From an uncultured Algimonas sp. (GTDB lineage: Bacteria; Pseudomonadota; Alphaproteobacteria; Caulobacterales; Maricaulaceae), in NCBI GenBank assembly GCA_964414555.1, contig CAYPWW010000003.1, positions 59 through 64,058 on the forward strand: a DNA stretch of 64,000 nt. The letters run 5' to 3'. A program made the position numbers and the translations under genes. The notes beneath the pieces were generated by a model. The model searched no databases, had not been told where the DNA came from, and was given only the letters and a program-made list of their open reading frames with translations. Shown in pieces: positions 1 through 8,118 of this stretch. Every line of letters begins with the position of its first letter. The first letter of the stretch is position 1.

Positions 1-1
1 C

Positions 2-67
2 TCGATTGTTGAGAAGGTGTTTCAGGTGATCGGCCGTGATGTGGCGGATATGCAGGGTTTGGCGTGA
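2..67 (+). CDS. dxs: 3' end of a gene entering the window, probably 1-deoxy-D-xylulose-5-phosphate synthase
   Basis: Frame 2 reads SIVEKVFQVIGRDVADMQGLA* (TGA 65-67), resembling alphaproteobacterial Dxs C-termini. dxs-tlyA is a common gene order. Only 21 residues are visible. Confidence 0.5.
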   Translation, partial: SIVEKVFQVIGRDVADMQGLA

Positions 68-609
68 GGGCGCTCGCTTTATGTTTAGCGGCCACGCTAA
101 TGGTTGCTTGCGAAACATCCTTTGATGCCGATAAAAATTCTGAACCACATTCTAGTATTTTAACGCAAGATCGTCGGAGCTTGCTACTTTTGGAATTAGA
201 CCGTCAAAAGAAAATCTGGCAACTTAATCGGCCAGAGGGTTACAAATACACAGTTTTACGAAATTGCTTTTGTTTCCCAGCACCCCGCAGAGGGCCTAAT
301 GAAATTTCAGTTTTGAAGAACGATATTGTTCGACGCGTCTATGTCGGAACCTCCCAGGACGAATACCTCACTGGGTCGGACATACCTGAAAACCTGTTTG
401 GTGATTTTACTGTCGAAGATCTATTTAGCAGAGTGGAAGATCACTTAAACCCTGAGGCAAATACGTTCTACGGCAGAGAACAGACAGTTTACTTCACTGT
501 CGAATACGATCCAATTTGGGGTTTTCCAAAGGAAATTTCTTTCGATGTAGATCGCATTCTTGACGAGCAATACGTGCTGACCGCTGAACAATTTGTCGCC
601 ATGAATTAA
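64..609 (+). CDS. Putative lipoprotein, DUF6174-like
   Basis: Signal peptide with lipobox-like LMVA-C; YKYTVLRNCFC and GFPKEISFD motifs. The GTG start overlaps the upstream TGA. Sampled 60-nt lines are about 38-45% GC. Confidence 0.6.
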   Translation: MRALALCLAATLMVACETSFDADKNSEPHSSILTQDRRSLLLLELDRQKKIWQLNRPEGYKYTVLRNCFCFPAPRRGPNEISVLKNDIVRRVYVGTSQDEYLTGSDIPENLFGDFTVEDLFSRVEDHLNPEANTFYGREQTVYFTVEYDPIWGFPKEISFDVDRILDEQYVLTAEQFVAMN

Positions 610-612
610 ATT

Positions 613-1341
613 GTGCGCGCTGATCAATATCTGACCACCCACAAACACTACGCCTCGCGCGCGCGGGCGCAGGCGGCGATTAAGGCTGGGTTGGTGTCCG
701 TTGATGGACGCACATTAAAGAAGCCGTCCGAGAAGATTGCAGACGGCGCAACAGTCGTGGCGGGTCGAGAGCACCCTTGGGTGTCGCGCGGCGGGATGAA
801 ATTGGCGCATGCGCTGGACGTGTTCGCCGTCGATCCGACAGGACGCACGGCGCTGGATGTTGGGGCGTCAACGGGCGGATTTTCGCAAGTACTGGTAACG
901 CAGGGCGCGGCGAAAGTCTTTGCCGTGGATGTCGGTCATGGACAGCTGCATCCCGATCTGCACAGCGAGTCCCGGATTGTCTCGATGGAAGGGCAAGACG
1001 CGCGCACGCTCTCGCCGACGCAGCTTAACCCAACGCCAGACCTCGTGGTCTGTGACGCGAGCTTTATCTCCGCCATGAAAGTGCTGGAGGTGCCGCTGCG
1101 TTTGGCTGCGCCGGAGGCTGAGCTAATCACCCTGGTAAAACCGCAATTCGAAGTCGGGAAGGCGAACCTGCGGCGCGGTGGGCTTGTGGCCTCAGAGGAG
1201 CTGGGCCTGCGCGCGCTGGACAGCGTTCGTCACTGGGTCACGGCGCAAGGCTGGCGGGTCGAGGCGACGGAAGCCTCGCCGATCCTTGGCGGGTCGGGAA
1301 ATCGGGAATACCTGCTCTACGCGCGGCGTCGGGAGATGTAA
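613..1341 (+). CDS. tlyA: TlyA family rRNA methyltransferase (S4 + FtsJ-like)
   Basis: N-terminal S4 domain (MRAD...SRARAQAAI), WVSRGGMKL, LDVGASTGGF, VDVGHGQL, LVKPQFEVG, GGSGNREY. Confidence 0.95.
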   Translation: MRADQYLTTHKHYASRARAQAAIKAGLVSVDGRTLKKPSEKIADGATVVAGREHPWVSRGGMKLAHALDVFAVDPTGRTALDVGASTGGFSQVLVTQGAAKVFAVDVGHGQLHPDLHSESRIVSMEGQDARTLSPTQLNPTPDLVVCDASFISAMKVLEVPLRLAAPEAELITLVKPQFEVGKANLRRGGLVASEELGLRALDSVRHWVTAQGWRVEATEASPILGGSGNREYLLYARRREM

Positions 1342-1376
1342 AAAACCCCGCCGACTTGCGTGGGCGGGGCTGTTTT
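1340..1376. terminator. Bidirectional intrinsic terminator between convergent tlyA and the first glycine-zipper gene
   Basis: AAAAAA-CCCCGCC-loop-GGCGGGG followed by a T-rich tract. Confidence 0.8.
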
Positions 1377-1381
1377 AGGTG

Positions 1382-2029
1382 CTAGTGCCGGCGGCGATAG
1401 TTCCGGCGATTATGGCCGCGATTGCGGTTGCGGTAATGGCCGCGTGTCCGATATCCACGATTGTAATAGCCGCGATTGCCTGTGTTCAGGCTAATCGAAA
1501 TACCCGTGCGGGGGCGCACATAATAGGGCTGCGGATCATAGCGATAGAAGGGCTGTTGATAGGTCGTCGTGTAGGTCGTGTTGTACCCTTGATTATAATA
1601 GGGCTGGCTATAGCCGTATTGGCTGTGACCTTGCGGATAGTGATAGGTCGTATTGCCTTGGTAATAACCCCCCTGATTATAGCCGCCGCCATGATAATAC
1701 CCGGTCTGCTGATTGTAGTAGCCACCTTGGTTGTAGCCACCCTGATAATAGCCACGATTATTGGAACGCCCATCGCCTGCGATGGCTGCACCTGCGACAC
1801 CGCCGATGACTGCGCCGAGGACGGAGCCTTCGGTCCGCGCGCCGTTTCCGGCCAGTTGGCTTCCTGCAACACCGCCGATAACTGCGCCAATGCCGGCGCC
1901 GATCAGTTGATCTGAATTACCGCTTTGATGTTGGTGGTGATAACCCGTGTTGTGAGCCGAAGCAGCCACACTGAGGCTGGCTGTGACGGCGAAAGCAGCC
2001 ACGATTTTGAAAGGGGTCGAGTAGCGCAT
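1382..2029 (-). CDS. Secreted glycine-zipper 2TM protein with a G/Y/N/Q-rich region and an Arg-rich tail
   Basis: Sec signal ending AASA; LIGAGIGAVIGGVAG...RTEGSVLGAVIGGVAGAAI; low-complexity C-terminal half. Confidence 0.85.
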   Translation of the reverse strand: MRYSTPFKIVAAFAVTASLSVAASAHNTGYHHQHQSGNSDQLIGAGIGAVIGGVAGSQLAGNGARTEGSVLGAVIGGVAGAAIAGDGRSNNRGYYQGGYNQGGYYNQQTGYYHGGGYNQGGYYQGNTTYHYPQGHSQYGYSQPYYNQGYNTTYTTTYQQPFYRYDPQPYYVRPRTGISISLNTGNRGYYNRGYRTRGHYRNRNRGHNRRNYRRRH

Positions 2030-2169
2030 ATATGCGTCCTTTATTTAAGGTCCTACCGGCACCCGTCCCCTGGCACCGCGTCTCGAAACGATTAACGAGA
2101 CATAAAGACTATACACACACCGCGCGCATCTTGCAAAATCACAGCTGCGTAAGATGTCATTTGCGCAGC

Positions 2170-2206
2170 AAAAAGGGCGCGAGACCATAGTCCGCGCCCT
2201 GATTTT
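2170..2206 (-). terminator. Intrinsic terminator downstream of the second glycine-zipper gene
   Basis: AAAAA-GGGCGCG...CGCGCCCT hairpin; the A-run gives a U-tract on the minus strand. Confidence 0.75.
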
Positions 2207-2224
2207 ATTGCGATGTTCGTGCGT

Positions 2225-3742
2225 TTAGTGGTGAGACTTACAGCTCGATGCACTGTGGCGCGCACCCGGGATTTCGCGACCTTTATCGTCATACATGCGC
2301 TTGCCGTCGCCGTAGCAATAGCCTTCTTGGCTATGCACGACTGTGTCTGGAACGCTGTGACCCGACTCATAGGCCGTGTGTGTAGGTGCCAGTGTCACAC
2401 AGCTGCTGCTGTGGTGAGCCGTACCTGCATGACAGACGGGCTGTGCGGGTGTGTAGATCGGCGCACTTTCAATGATGCGGGCTGGCGCTTCACATGTGCC
2501 GTTGCCGAGATCGGTCGTTCCGACGGGGCAAGGCTGGTTCACGACGATTGGCGCGGCACCCATGACGGTACGGGCCGGTTCCTGACATGTGCCATTTCCG
2601 AGATCCGTTGTGCCAGCTGGGCAGGCTTGTGGGATCACGATTGGGGCGGCACCCATGACGGTACGAGCAGGTTCTTGGCATGTGCCATCACCCATATCCG
2701 TTGTGCCAGATGGGCAGGCTTGCGGGATCACGATTGGGGCCGCGCCAATGACTGTACGGGCAGGTTCTTGGCATGTGCCATTACCCATATCCGTGGTTCC
2801 AGCAGGACAGCTGGACGGAATAACAGTTGGTGCAGGGGCGTAGACCGTCTTGGCCGGCTCCATGCAGGTGCCATTGCCTTGATCCATTGTGCCTGCTGGG
2901 CAGGTGGAGGGGATCACGGTTGGGGCAGGTTCATACACTGTGCGCGGGGCGCTCATGCAGGTGCCGTCTGATTGCATGGTTGTCCCGGATGGGCAGGGCG
3001 CTTCAATCACGACGCGCGGGCGCTCAACGATTTGCGGCTGAACTGTCGTAACCTGCTGTGAGTAGCTGGTGACAGGGATAACGGGGCCGGAAACATAACC
3101 ACCGGATGCGTAAGTTGTCGGGGCATAAGCTGGGCCAGCTGGCAGACCTGCGCCATAACCATATCCGGCTGGTGCATAGCCAGCGTTGCCGTATCCGGCC
3201 GTCGTATATCCACCAACGGGACCATAGGCAGGGGCGTAACCGCCGCCGGCATATCCACCGCCAGCATAGCCGCCACCCGTGTATCCGCCGTAGCGACCAT
3301 TAGAGCGACCGTTCCGGTTTGCGAGGGCATAGCCTGCGACACCGCCGAGCACGGCGCCAAGGGCTGTGCCTTCTTCGCGCACGCCGGAGCCTGCGAGGTT
3401 GGAGCCGATCACGCCGCCAAGGCCTGCGCCAATGGCTGTGCCAGCGAGGTTGCGACCGTTAAAGCCGGGGTTGAACTGTCCAGCGTAAGGGTTGCCGTAA
3501 TAGTTAGACCGCGAGTTACCATAGGCTGCGCCAGCTAAACCACCGACGACAGCGCCGATCGCTGTGCCTTCGTCGCGATTGCCTGCGCCCGCGATATTGG
3601 AACCAATAGCGCCGCCAATACCGGCACCAACAGTCCCGCCAAGGACGGTGTTATTATCAAATCCAGGGAAAAACTGCGCTGAGGCTGTCGCTGGAAGACA
3701 GGCGATGGCCGCAATTGCGGCGGTCGAGAGTAAAAGTTTCAT
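2225..3742 (-). CDS. Secreted protein with two glycine-zipper 2TM units and six 31-aa Cys-containing repeats (505 aa)
   Basis: Start moved to ATG 3742 (AGGAG RBS; signal peptide MKLLLSTAA...ASA). Two zipper units, a G/Y/A/P linker, CPxGTxDxGNGTC repeats and a His/Cys-rich C-terminus. Confidence 0.85.
   Translation of the reverse strand: MKLLLSTAAIAAIACLPATASAQFFPGFDNNTVLGGTVGAGIGGAIGSNIAGAGNRDEGTAIGAVVGGLAGAAYGNSRSNYYGNPYAGQFNPGFNGRNLAGTAIGAGLGGVIGSNLAGSGVREEGTALGAVLGGVAGYALANRNGRSNGRYGGYTGGGYAGGGYAGGGYAPAYGPVGGYTTAGYGNAGYAPAGYGYGAGLPAGPAYAPTTYASGGYVSGPVIPVTSYSQQVTTVQPQIVERPRVVIEAPCPSGTTMQSDGTCMSAPRTVYEPAPTVIPSTCPAGTMDQGNGTCMEPAKTVYAPAPTVIPSSCPAGTTDMGNGTCQEPARTVIGAAPIVIPQACPSGTTDMGDGTCQEPARTVMGAAPIVIPQACPAGTTDLGNGTCQEPARTVMGAAPIVVNQPCPVGTTDLGNGTCEAPARIIESAPIYTPAQPVCHAGTAHHSSSCVTLAPTHTAYESGHSVPDTVVHSQEGYCYGDGKRMYDDKGREIPGARHSASSCKSHH
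2435..2995 (-). repeat. Six tandem coding repeats of about 93 bp (31 aa)
   Basis: Protein units such as CPAGTTDMGNGTCQEPARTVIGAAPIVIPQA. The central copies are near-identical at DNA level (gcatgtgcca...tccgt). Confidence 0.9.
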
Positions 3743-3916
3743 GCGTGCGGCTCCTTGAAGCAGACCTATTAAGGCGGCTCCACGAACCACCCACCATTTT
3801 CGGTTTGGCTTGCTTGGTGCAAGTCTCACGCCGAAATCACGTTTCTTATAGCATTTTTTTCCCGCGAAACCGAAGGCGCTTCGCCTGAGACGGGAGTCGC
3901 GGGTATAAAATAAGGT

Positions 3917-3944
3917 AAAACCCGACCTCCGCAAGGAGGCCGGG
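3917..3944 (-). terminator. Intrinsic terminator downstream of the third glycine-zipper gene
   Basis: AAAA-CCCGACCTCC-GCAA-GGAGGCCGGG. Confidence 0.75.
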
Positions 3945-3978
3945 TCACACATAGAGTTTTCACATGGGGACGGAAAAC

Positions 3979-4737
3979 TTAGTGATCAGAGTAACAAAGG
4001 TTCCGCGAGTTGCCGTGGTAATGGCCGCGACGGTATCCGTCATTATAGCCGTAACCTTGGTTGCGATTGTAGCCGGAGTTCCGGTCACGTTGGCGGTCGG
4101 TGAACTTCTTGATCCGACGACGCTCGCGCTTCAGTTCTTTCAGCTTGCGACCATTGCGTTCCAAACGACGCTCTAGGCGCGGGTTGTAGTGTCGCGAATA
4201 GCGAATCTCACGCTTCAGCTGATCGCCCCTGCGGCGCACATCTTCGATCTGGCGATCAATCTGGTACAGCGGATCATTATAACGGTTGTTATAGCCGTAA
4301 GAGCTGTTCCCGCGATTGCGCCCATGGGCATGACCGTGGCCACGTCCAGGGTGGCCGACCGTCTGCACGTGCGGGCTGGTATAAACCGTCCGCGTTTGTG
4401 TGCGCGTCGGATAGTGACGCGTGGTCTGGCCTTGCGTCGTGTAGACGCGGTTCCGATCGTAACGCTTCTCGCAATCCGTCGCACCGTCACCGATGGCTGC
4501 GCCGGCGATCCCGCCGATAATCGCGCCTAAGACGGCACCTTCTGTTCTGTCGCCACGTCCGGCGATACCTTCGCCAATGACTGTGCCGAGCGAGCCGCCG
4601 ACGACACCACCCAGGATGGCGTTTTCGGTATCCGAGCAGTTGTTACGGTAATCTGCCGCAGAGGCGCTGGCGGGGAAAACGAGAGTTGCCGCTGCCAGTG
4701 TGACAGCAGCGAGAGCGGTTTTGACAGTCTTGGTCAT
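3979..4737 (-). CDS. Secreted glycine-zipper 2TM protein with a basic coiled-coil C-terminal region
   Basis: Start moved to ATG 4737 (CAGGAG RBS). Signal peptide ending ASA; ILGGVVGGSLG...RTEGAVLGAIIGGIAGAAIG. Confidence 0.85.
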   Translation of the reverse strand: MTKTVKTALAAVTLAAATLVFPASASAADYRNNCSDTENAILGGVVGGSLGTVIGEGIAGRGDRTEGAVLGAIIGGIAGAAIGDGATDCEKRYDRNRVYTTQGQTTRHYPTRTQTRTVYTSPHVQTVGHPGRGHGHAHGRNRGNSSYGYNNRYNDPLYQIDRQIEDVRRRGDQLKREIRYSRHYNPRLERRLERNGRKLKELKRERRRIKKFTDRQRDRNSGYNRNQGYGYNDGYRRGHYHGNSRNLCYSDH

Positions 4738-4860
4738 GGTAGTCTCCTGTTTGGGCAACGACGTTGGGAAGATGCCCAGGTCGATGATTCCTTTTTAGGA
4801 GACGGCGTTTGAACTCACTCTGATTTTGGAATTCATACTCGGTTCAAGAAACCTTAACTC

Positions 4861-5940
4861 TTAGACATGTTGCGCAAGAAAGCGCTCAACCTCATCCAAA
4901 GCGTCCAGCGCTTCGGGGATATGGTCGTCGAAAATCTGCCAGACATGGGGCAGACCCCCATCCCACAGCTGAAGTGTAACAGGTGAACCGGCGGCTTCCG
5001 CTTTGCCAGCAAAGCGGATCGCATCATCGCGCAACATCTCATCCGCGCTTGCCTGAACCAGCGTCGGCGGCAGATTTGAAAGATCATCGAAAACGGGCGA
5101 TTGATCCGGGTGAGAGGGGCTCATGCCGTAATGTTTTCGCATCATAGGCAACAGCATGGCACGCGGGGCCTTCACGATCGGACGCAGTAGAGGCTCCAGC
5201 ATAATATCGCGGTCCAGATTATCCTTCATAGATGGGCTAGACAGCGTTGCATCTGTTGTCGGGGAGAATGCGACGATGGCATCGGCTTGACGCGCGGCGT
5301 TACCTCGCGCCCAATTGCCCAACATCAGCGCAAGGTTTCCGCCCGCACTGTCACCGGCCAGCGCAAGTTTCTTTGGCGCGCTTTCTCTGTCGGGCCCATG
5401 ATCGCAAATCCAGTCATAGGCGGCCCGTGCATCTTCAATCGTATTGCGCCGCGTGTTTTCCGGCATCAGACGGTAATTCGGGGCAAACACCGCCATGCCT
5501 GTTCGTCGCGCCAGCTGCGCTGTTAGGGGACGGTGAGAAATATCAGAGCCGACGGTGAACGCCCCGCCGTGCAGATAGAGCAGACGGCGACCCGCATCAT
5601 ATCCCGGCGCCAGCGTCCAACGACCATGTATCTCTCGACCATCGACGGTGATTGTCGCGTCGCGAAATTCGATATCGGCGTAATCCCGCGCGAGACCAGC
5701 TTGGTCAAAGCGTTCGCGCTTGCCTTCCCAGCCGGATGTGCTGTTGCCCGCAACAGGGTCCGCGCCGAACATCTCTTTCAGATATTCATTGAGCTTCGAC
5801 AGACCTTCTGAGGGCTGCGCCCGCGCAAAGGGCGTCACATCGCGATCATATTGCGACAGGTCTTCGCCAGAGAGCCGACGCACATAGGCATAAAAGCCAA
5901 TCGCGCCGAGCGCGGGAACCGTGAGGAGAGGGAGGATCAT
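4861..5940 (-). CDS. Alpha/beta hydrolase, HSL-like esterase/lipase with N-terminal anchor
   Basis: YLHGGAF oxyanion motif, GDSAGG nucleophile elbow, ...HVWQ. Start ATG 5940 follows an AAGGAA RBS. Confidence 0.9.
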   Translation of the reverse strand: MILPLLTVPALGAIGFYAYVRRLSGEDLSQYDRDVTPFARAQPSEGLSKLNEYLKEMFGADPVAGNSTSGWEGKRERFDQAGLARDYADIEFRDATITVDGREIHGRWTLAPGYDAGRRLLYLHGGAFTVGSDISHRPLTAQLARRTGMAVFAPNYRLMPENTRRNTIEDARAAYDWICDHGPDRESAPKKLALAGDSAGGNLALMLGNWARGNAARQADAIVAFSPTTDATLSSPSMKDNLDRDIMLEPLLRPIVKAPRAMLLPMMRKHYGMSPSHPDQSPVFDDLSNLPPTLVQASADEMLRDDAIRFAGKAEAAGSPVTLQLWDGGLPHVWQIFDDHIPEALDALDEVERFLAQHV

Positions 5941-5950
5941 AACGTTTTCC

Positions 5951-7027
5951 TTATTGTGTTCCCACCTGCCCACGATGGCGGAGCATGTGATCGGCGAGGG
6001 TGACGGCCATCATGGCTTCTGCCACCGGTACGCCGCGGATCCCGACGCAGGGATCGTGGCGGCCTTTGGTTTGGACGTCGATCTCTTGGCCCTTGGCATC
6101 AATGGAGGGAACTTTTGTTAGCATGGAGCTGGTCGGTTTGATCGCCAGTCGCGCCGTGATCGTGTCGCCGTTGGAAATCCCACCGAGAATACCGCCCGAA
6201 TTGTTGCTTTGAAACGCGGCTTGGCCATCCTTCATGCGGATGGCGTCAGCGTTCTGGGTGCCGGACCAGCGGGCGGCGGCAAAGCCTGCGCCGATCTCCA
6301 CGCCCTTGGCAGCGTTGATCGACATCAGACCCATCGCCAGATCACTGTCCAGCTTGCCATAGACGGGTGCGCCCCAGCCTGCGGGGACCCCGGTGGCTTC
6401 GACATGGATGACCGCGCCGACGGAATTGCCGTCTTTACGCACGCCATCGAGATAGGCTTCCCAGTTTTTCGCGGCCGTCGCGTCGGGGCACCAGAACGGG
6501 TTTTGCGTGACCGTGTTCCAGTCCCAATTCTCGCAATCAATATCCTGATCGCCGATGGAGACAACACAGCCTCGGATTTGAATATCGTCACCAAGAATTT
6601 TTCGCGCAATCGCACCGGCTGCGACTCGGTTCGCGGTTTCGCGCGCGCTGGAGCGTCCGCCGCCACGATAATCGCGGATGCCGTATTTCGCATCATAGGT
6701 CAGATCCGCATGGCCGGGGCGGTAACGGTCCTTGATTTCAGAATAATCGCGCGAGCGTTGGTCTGTATTCTCAATTAGGAGAGAGATCGGCGTGCCGGTC
6801 GTCTGGCCTTCAAACACACCAGAGAGAATTTTCACGGCGTCTGGTTCACGGCGCTGGGTCACGAAACGCGATGTGCCCGGTTTGCGCTGATCCAAATAAG
6901 TCTGGATGTCGGTTTCCGTCAGCGGAATGCGCGGCGGACAGCCATCGACGACACAGCCAATGGCCGGGCCGTGGCTTTCGCCCCAGGTCGTGAAGCGGAA
7001 AAGATGTCCGAAAGTATTATGTGACAT
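5951..7027 (-). CDS. aroC: Chorismate synthase
   Basis: MSHNTFG...[42 protein letters not shown]. Confidence 0.98.
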   Translation of the reverse strand: MSHNTFGHLFRFTTWGESHGPAIGCVVDGCPPRIPLTETDIQTYLDQRKPGTSRFVTQRREPDAVKILSGVFEGQTTGTPISLLIENTDQRSRDYSEIKDRYRPGHADLTYDAKYGIRDYRGGGRSSARETANRVAAGAIARKILGDDIQIRGCVVSIGDQDIDCENWDWNTVTQNPFWCPDATAAKNWEAYLDGVRKDGNSVGAVIHVEATGVPAGWGAPVYGKLDSDLAMGLMSINAAKGVEIGAGFAAARWSGTQNADAIRMKDGQAAFQSNNSGGILGGISNGDTITARLAIKPTSSMLTKVPSIDAKGQEIDVQTKGRHDPCVGIRGVPVAEAMMAVTLADHMLRHRGQVGTQ

Positions 7028-7076
7028 GCCCCGCGTTTAGCGGGGACGCGCGCGCAAGGCTATTGGCGATTTGCCG

Positions 7077-7292
7077 CTAAAACGCGCGGGCTCCGGCGCG
7101 GACGCGCATGACTTGCGGCGCAGGCGGGATCAGCGTCTCAAACGCATCCTTGGCTTGTAGGAAAGCAGTGACATTGCCGTAAGGACTGTCGGGGTGGAAG
7201 AACTTCGCTTTCTTGCGCCACGCCCCACGGATATCGGCTTCGCGCGCGGACATAGATAGGCCGAGTGTCAAAAGTGCGTGTTGGCGTGTCAT
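7077..7292 (-). CDS. Small free-standing J-domain protein
   Basis: IRGAWRKKAKFFHPD helix II plus HPD motif. Start is ATG 7292, or 7316. Confidence 0.7.
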   Translation of the reverse strand: MTRQHALLTLGLSMSAREADIRGAWRKKAKFFHPDSPYGNVTAFLQAKDAFETLIPPAPQVMRVRAGARAF

Positions 7293-7426
7293 GGTGGCCC
7301 CATTCGTCAATCGCACGTGAAGGATCGTGCTTAATTTTTTCCCAATAAAGCGCTAAGGGTTTAACACCGCCTCAACAGGCATGGTTAACAATGCCTTTCA
7401 CGCGAAATTTTAAGCGAAAACTTGCT

Positions 7427-8083
7427 ATGAACACACCTGTCATCCCGCCCACACCGACGCGCGCAGAGTATTTGGATAACGGCCCGCGCGACATGTCATG
7501 GCTGGACGCTGATGCGCCAATCCCGCTGTTCGAAGACTGGATCGCGACAGCGGGCAAGACAGAGCCCAATGACCCCAATGCGATGAGTGTCGCAACCGTC
7601 GATGGTGCGGGTCAACCAGATGTACGGATCTTGCTGCTGAAGGGGCTGAGCGATGCGGGCTTTGTCTTTTACACCAATAGTGAAAGCGCCAAAGGGCGAC
7701 AGCTGATCGAAACCGGGCAGGCGGCGCTGTGCTTTCACTGGAAAACGCAAAAGCGCCAAGTCCGTGTCCGCGGCTCCGTCGAGCAGGTGTCGGATGCAGA
7801 ATCAGATGCTTATTTCGCGGAACGCGCGCGGGGCTCGCGTATCGGGGCATGGGCGTCGGATCAGTCGCGCCCTGTCACATCTCGTGAAGCCATGATCGAT
7901 GATGTTGAGGCGGTTGAGGCGCGGTTCGAAGGCAAAGATGTCCCGCGCCCGGACCATTGGTTCGGCTGGCGGGTGCGTCCCCGTGCCATCGAATTCTGGC
8001 AAGATGGCGCCTTTCGTGTGCATGACCGTATTCTTTTTACCAAAGACGGCGACGACTGGGCGAAGACTCGCCTTTATCCCTAA
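7427..8083 (+). CDS. pdxH: Pyridoxine/pyridoxamine 5'-phosphate oxidase
   Basis: PNAMSVAT, RILLLKG, FYTNSESAKG, RQVRVRG, RPDHWFG, IEFWQDGAFRVHDR, RLYP. Confidence 0.97.
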   Translation: MNTPVIPPTPTRAEYLDNGPRDMSWLDADAPIPLFEDWIATAGKTEPNDPNAMSVATVDGAGQPDVRILLLKGLSDAGFVFYTNSESAKGRQLIETGQAALCFHWKTQKRQVRVRGSVEQVSDAESDAYFAERARGSRIGAWASDQSRPVTSREAMIDDVEAVEARFEGKDVPRPDHWFGWRVRPRAIEFWQDGAFRVHDRILFTKDGDDWAKTRLYP

Positions 8084-8118
8084 AGCCGCTAAGACGAGGG
8101 CACACGAGAGAGACACCC

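Noticed and set aside
613-1341. Haemolysin/toxin interpretation of tlyA
   Set aside because: The S4 plus methyltransferase motifs and housekeeping context indicate an rRNA methyltransferase.
2080-2155. Structured ncRNA or riboswitch upstream of the first zipper gene (GTCTCG/CGAGAC and CATCTT/AAGATG inverted repeats)
   Set aside because: The stems are short with long loops and match no riboswitch I recognise. An Rfam/Infernal search would be needed to support it.
1379-2971. Plus-strand hydrophobic or repeat ORFs 1379-1915 and 2213-2971
   Set aside because: They are antisense translations of the low-complexity and repeat regions of the glycine-zipper genes.
2435-2995. CRISPR-like or non-coding repeat array
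   Set aside because: The 93-bp units are in-frame coding repeats with no unique spacers and no cas genes.
3743-3952. 70-aa N-terminal extension of the 575-aa ORF
   Set aside because: It runs through the terminator and promoter region. The RBS and signal peptide point to ATG 3742.
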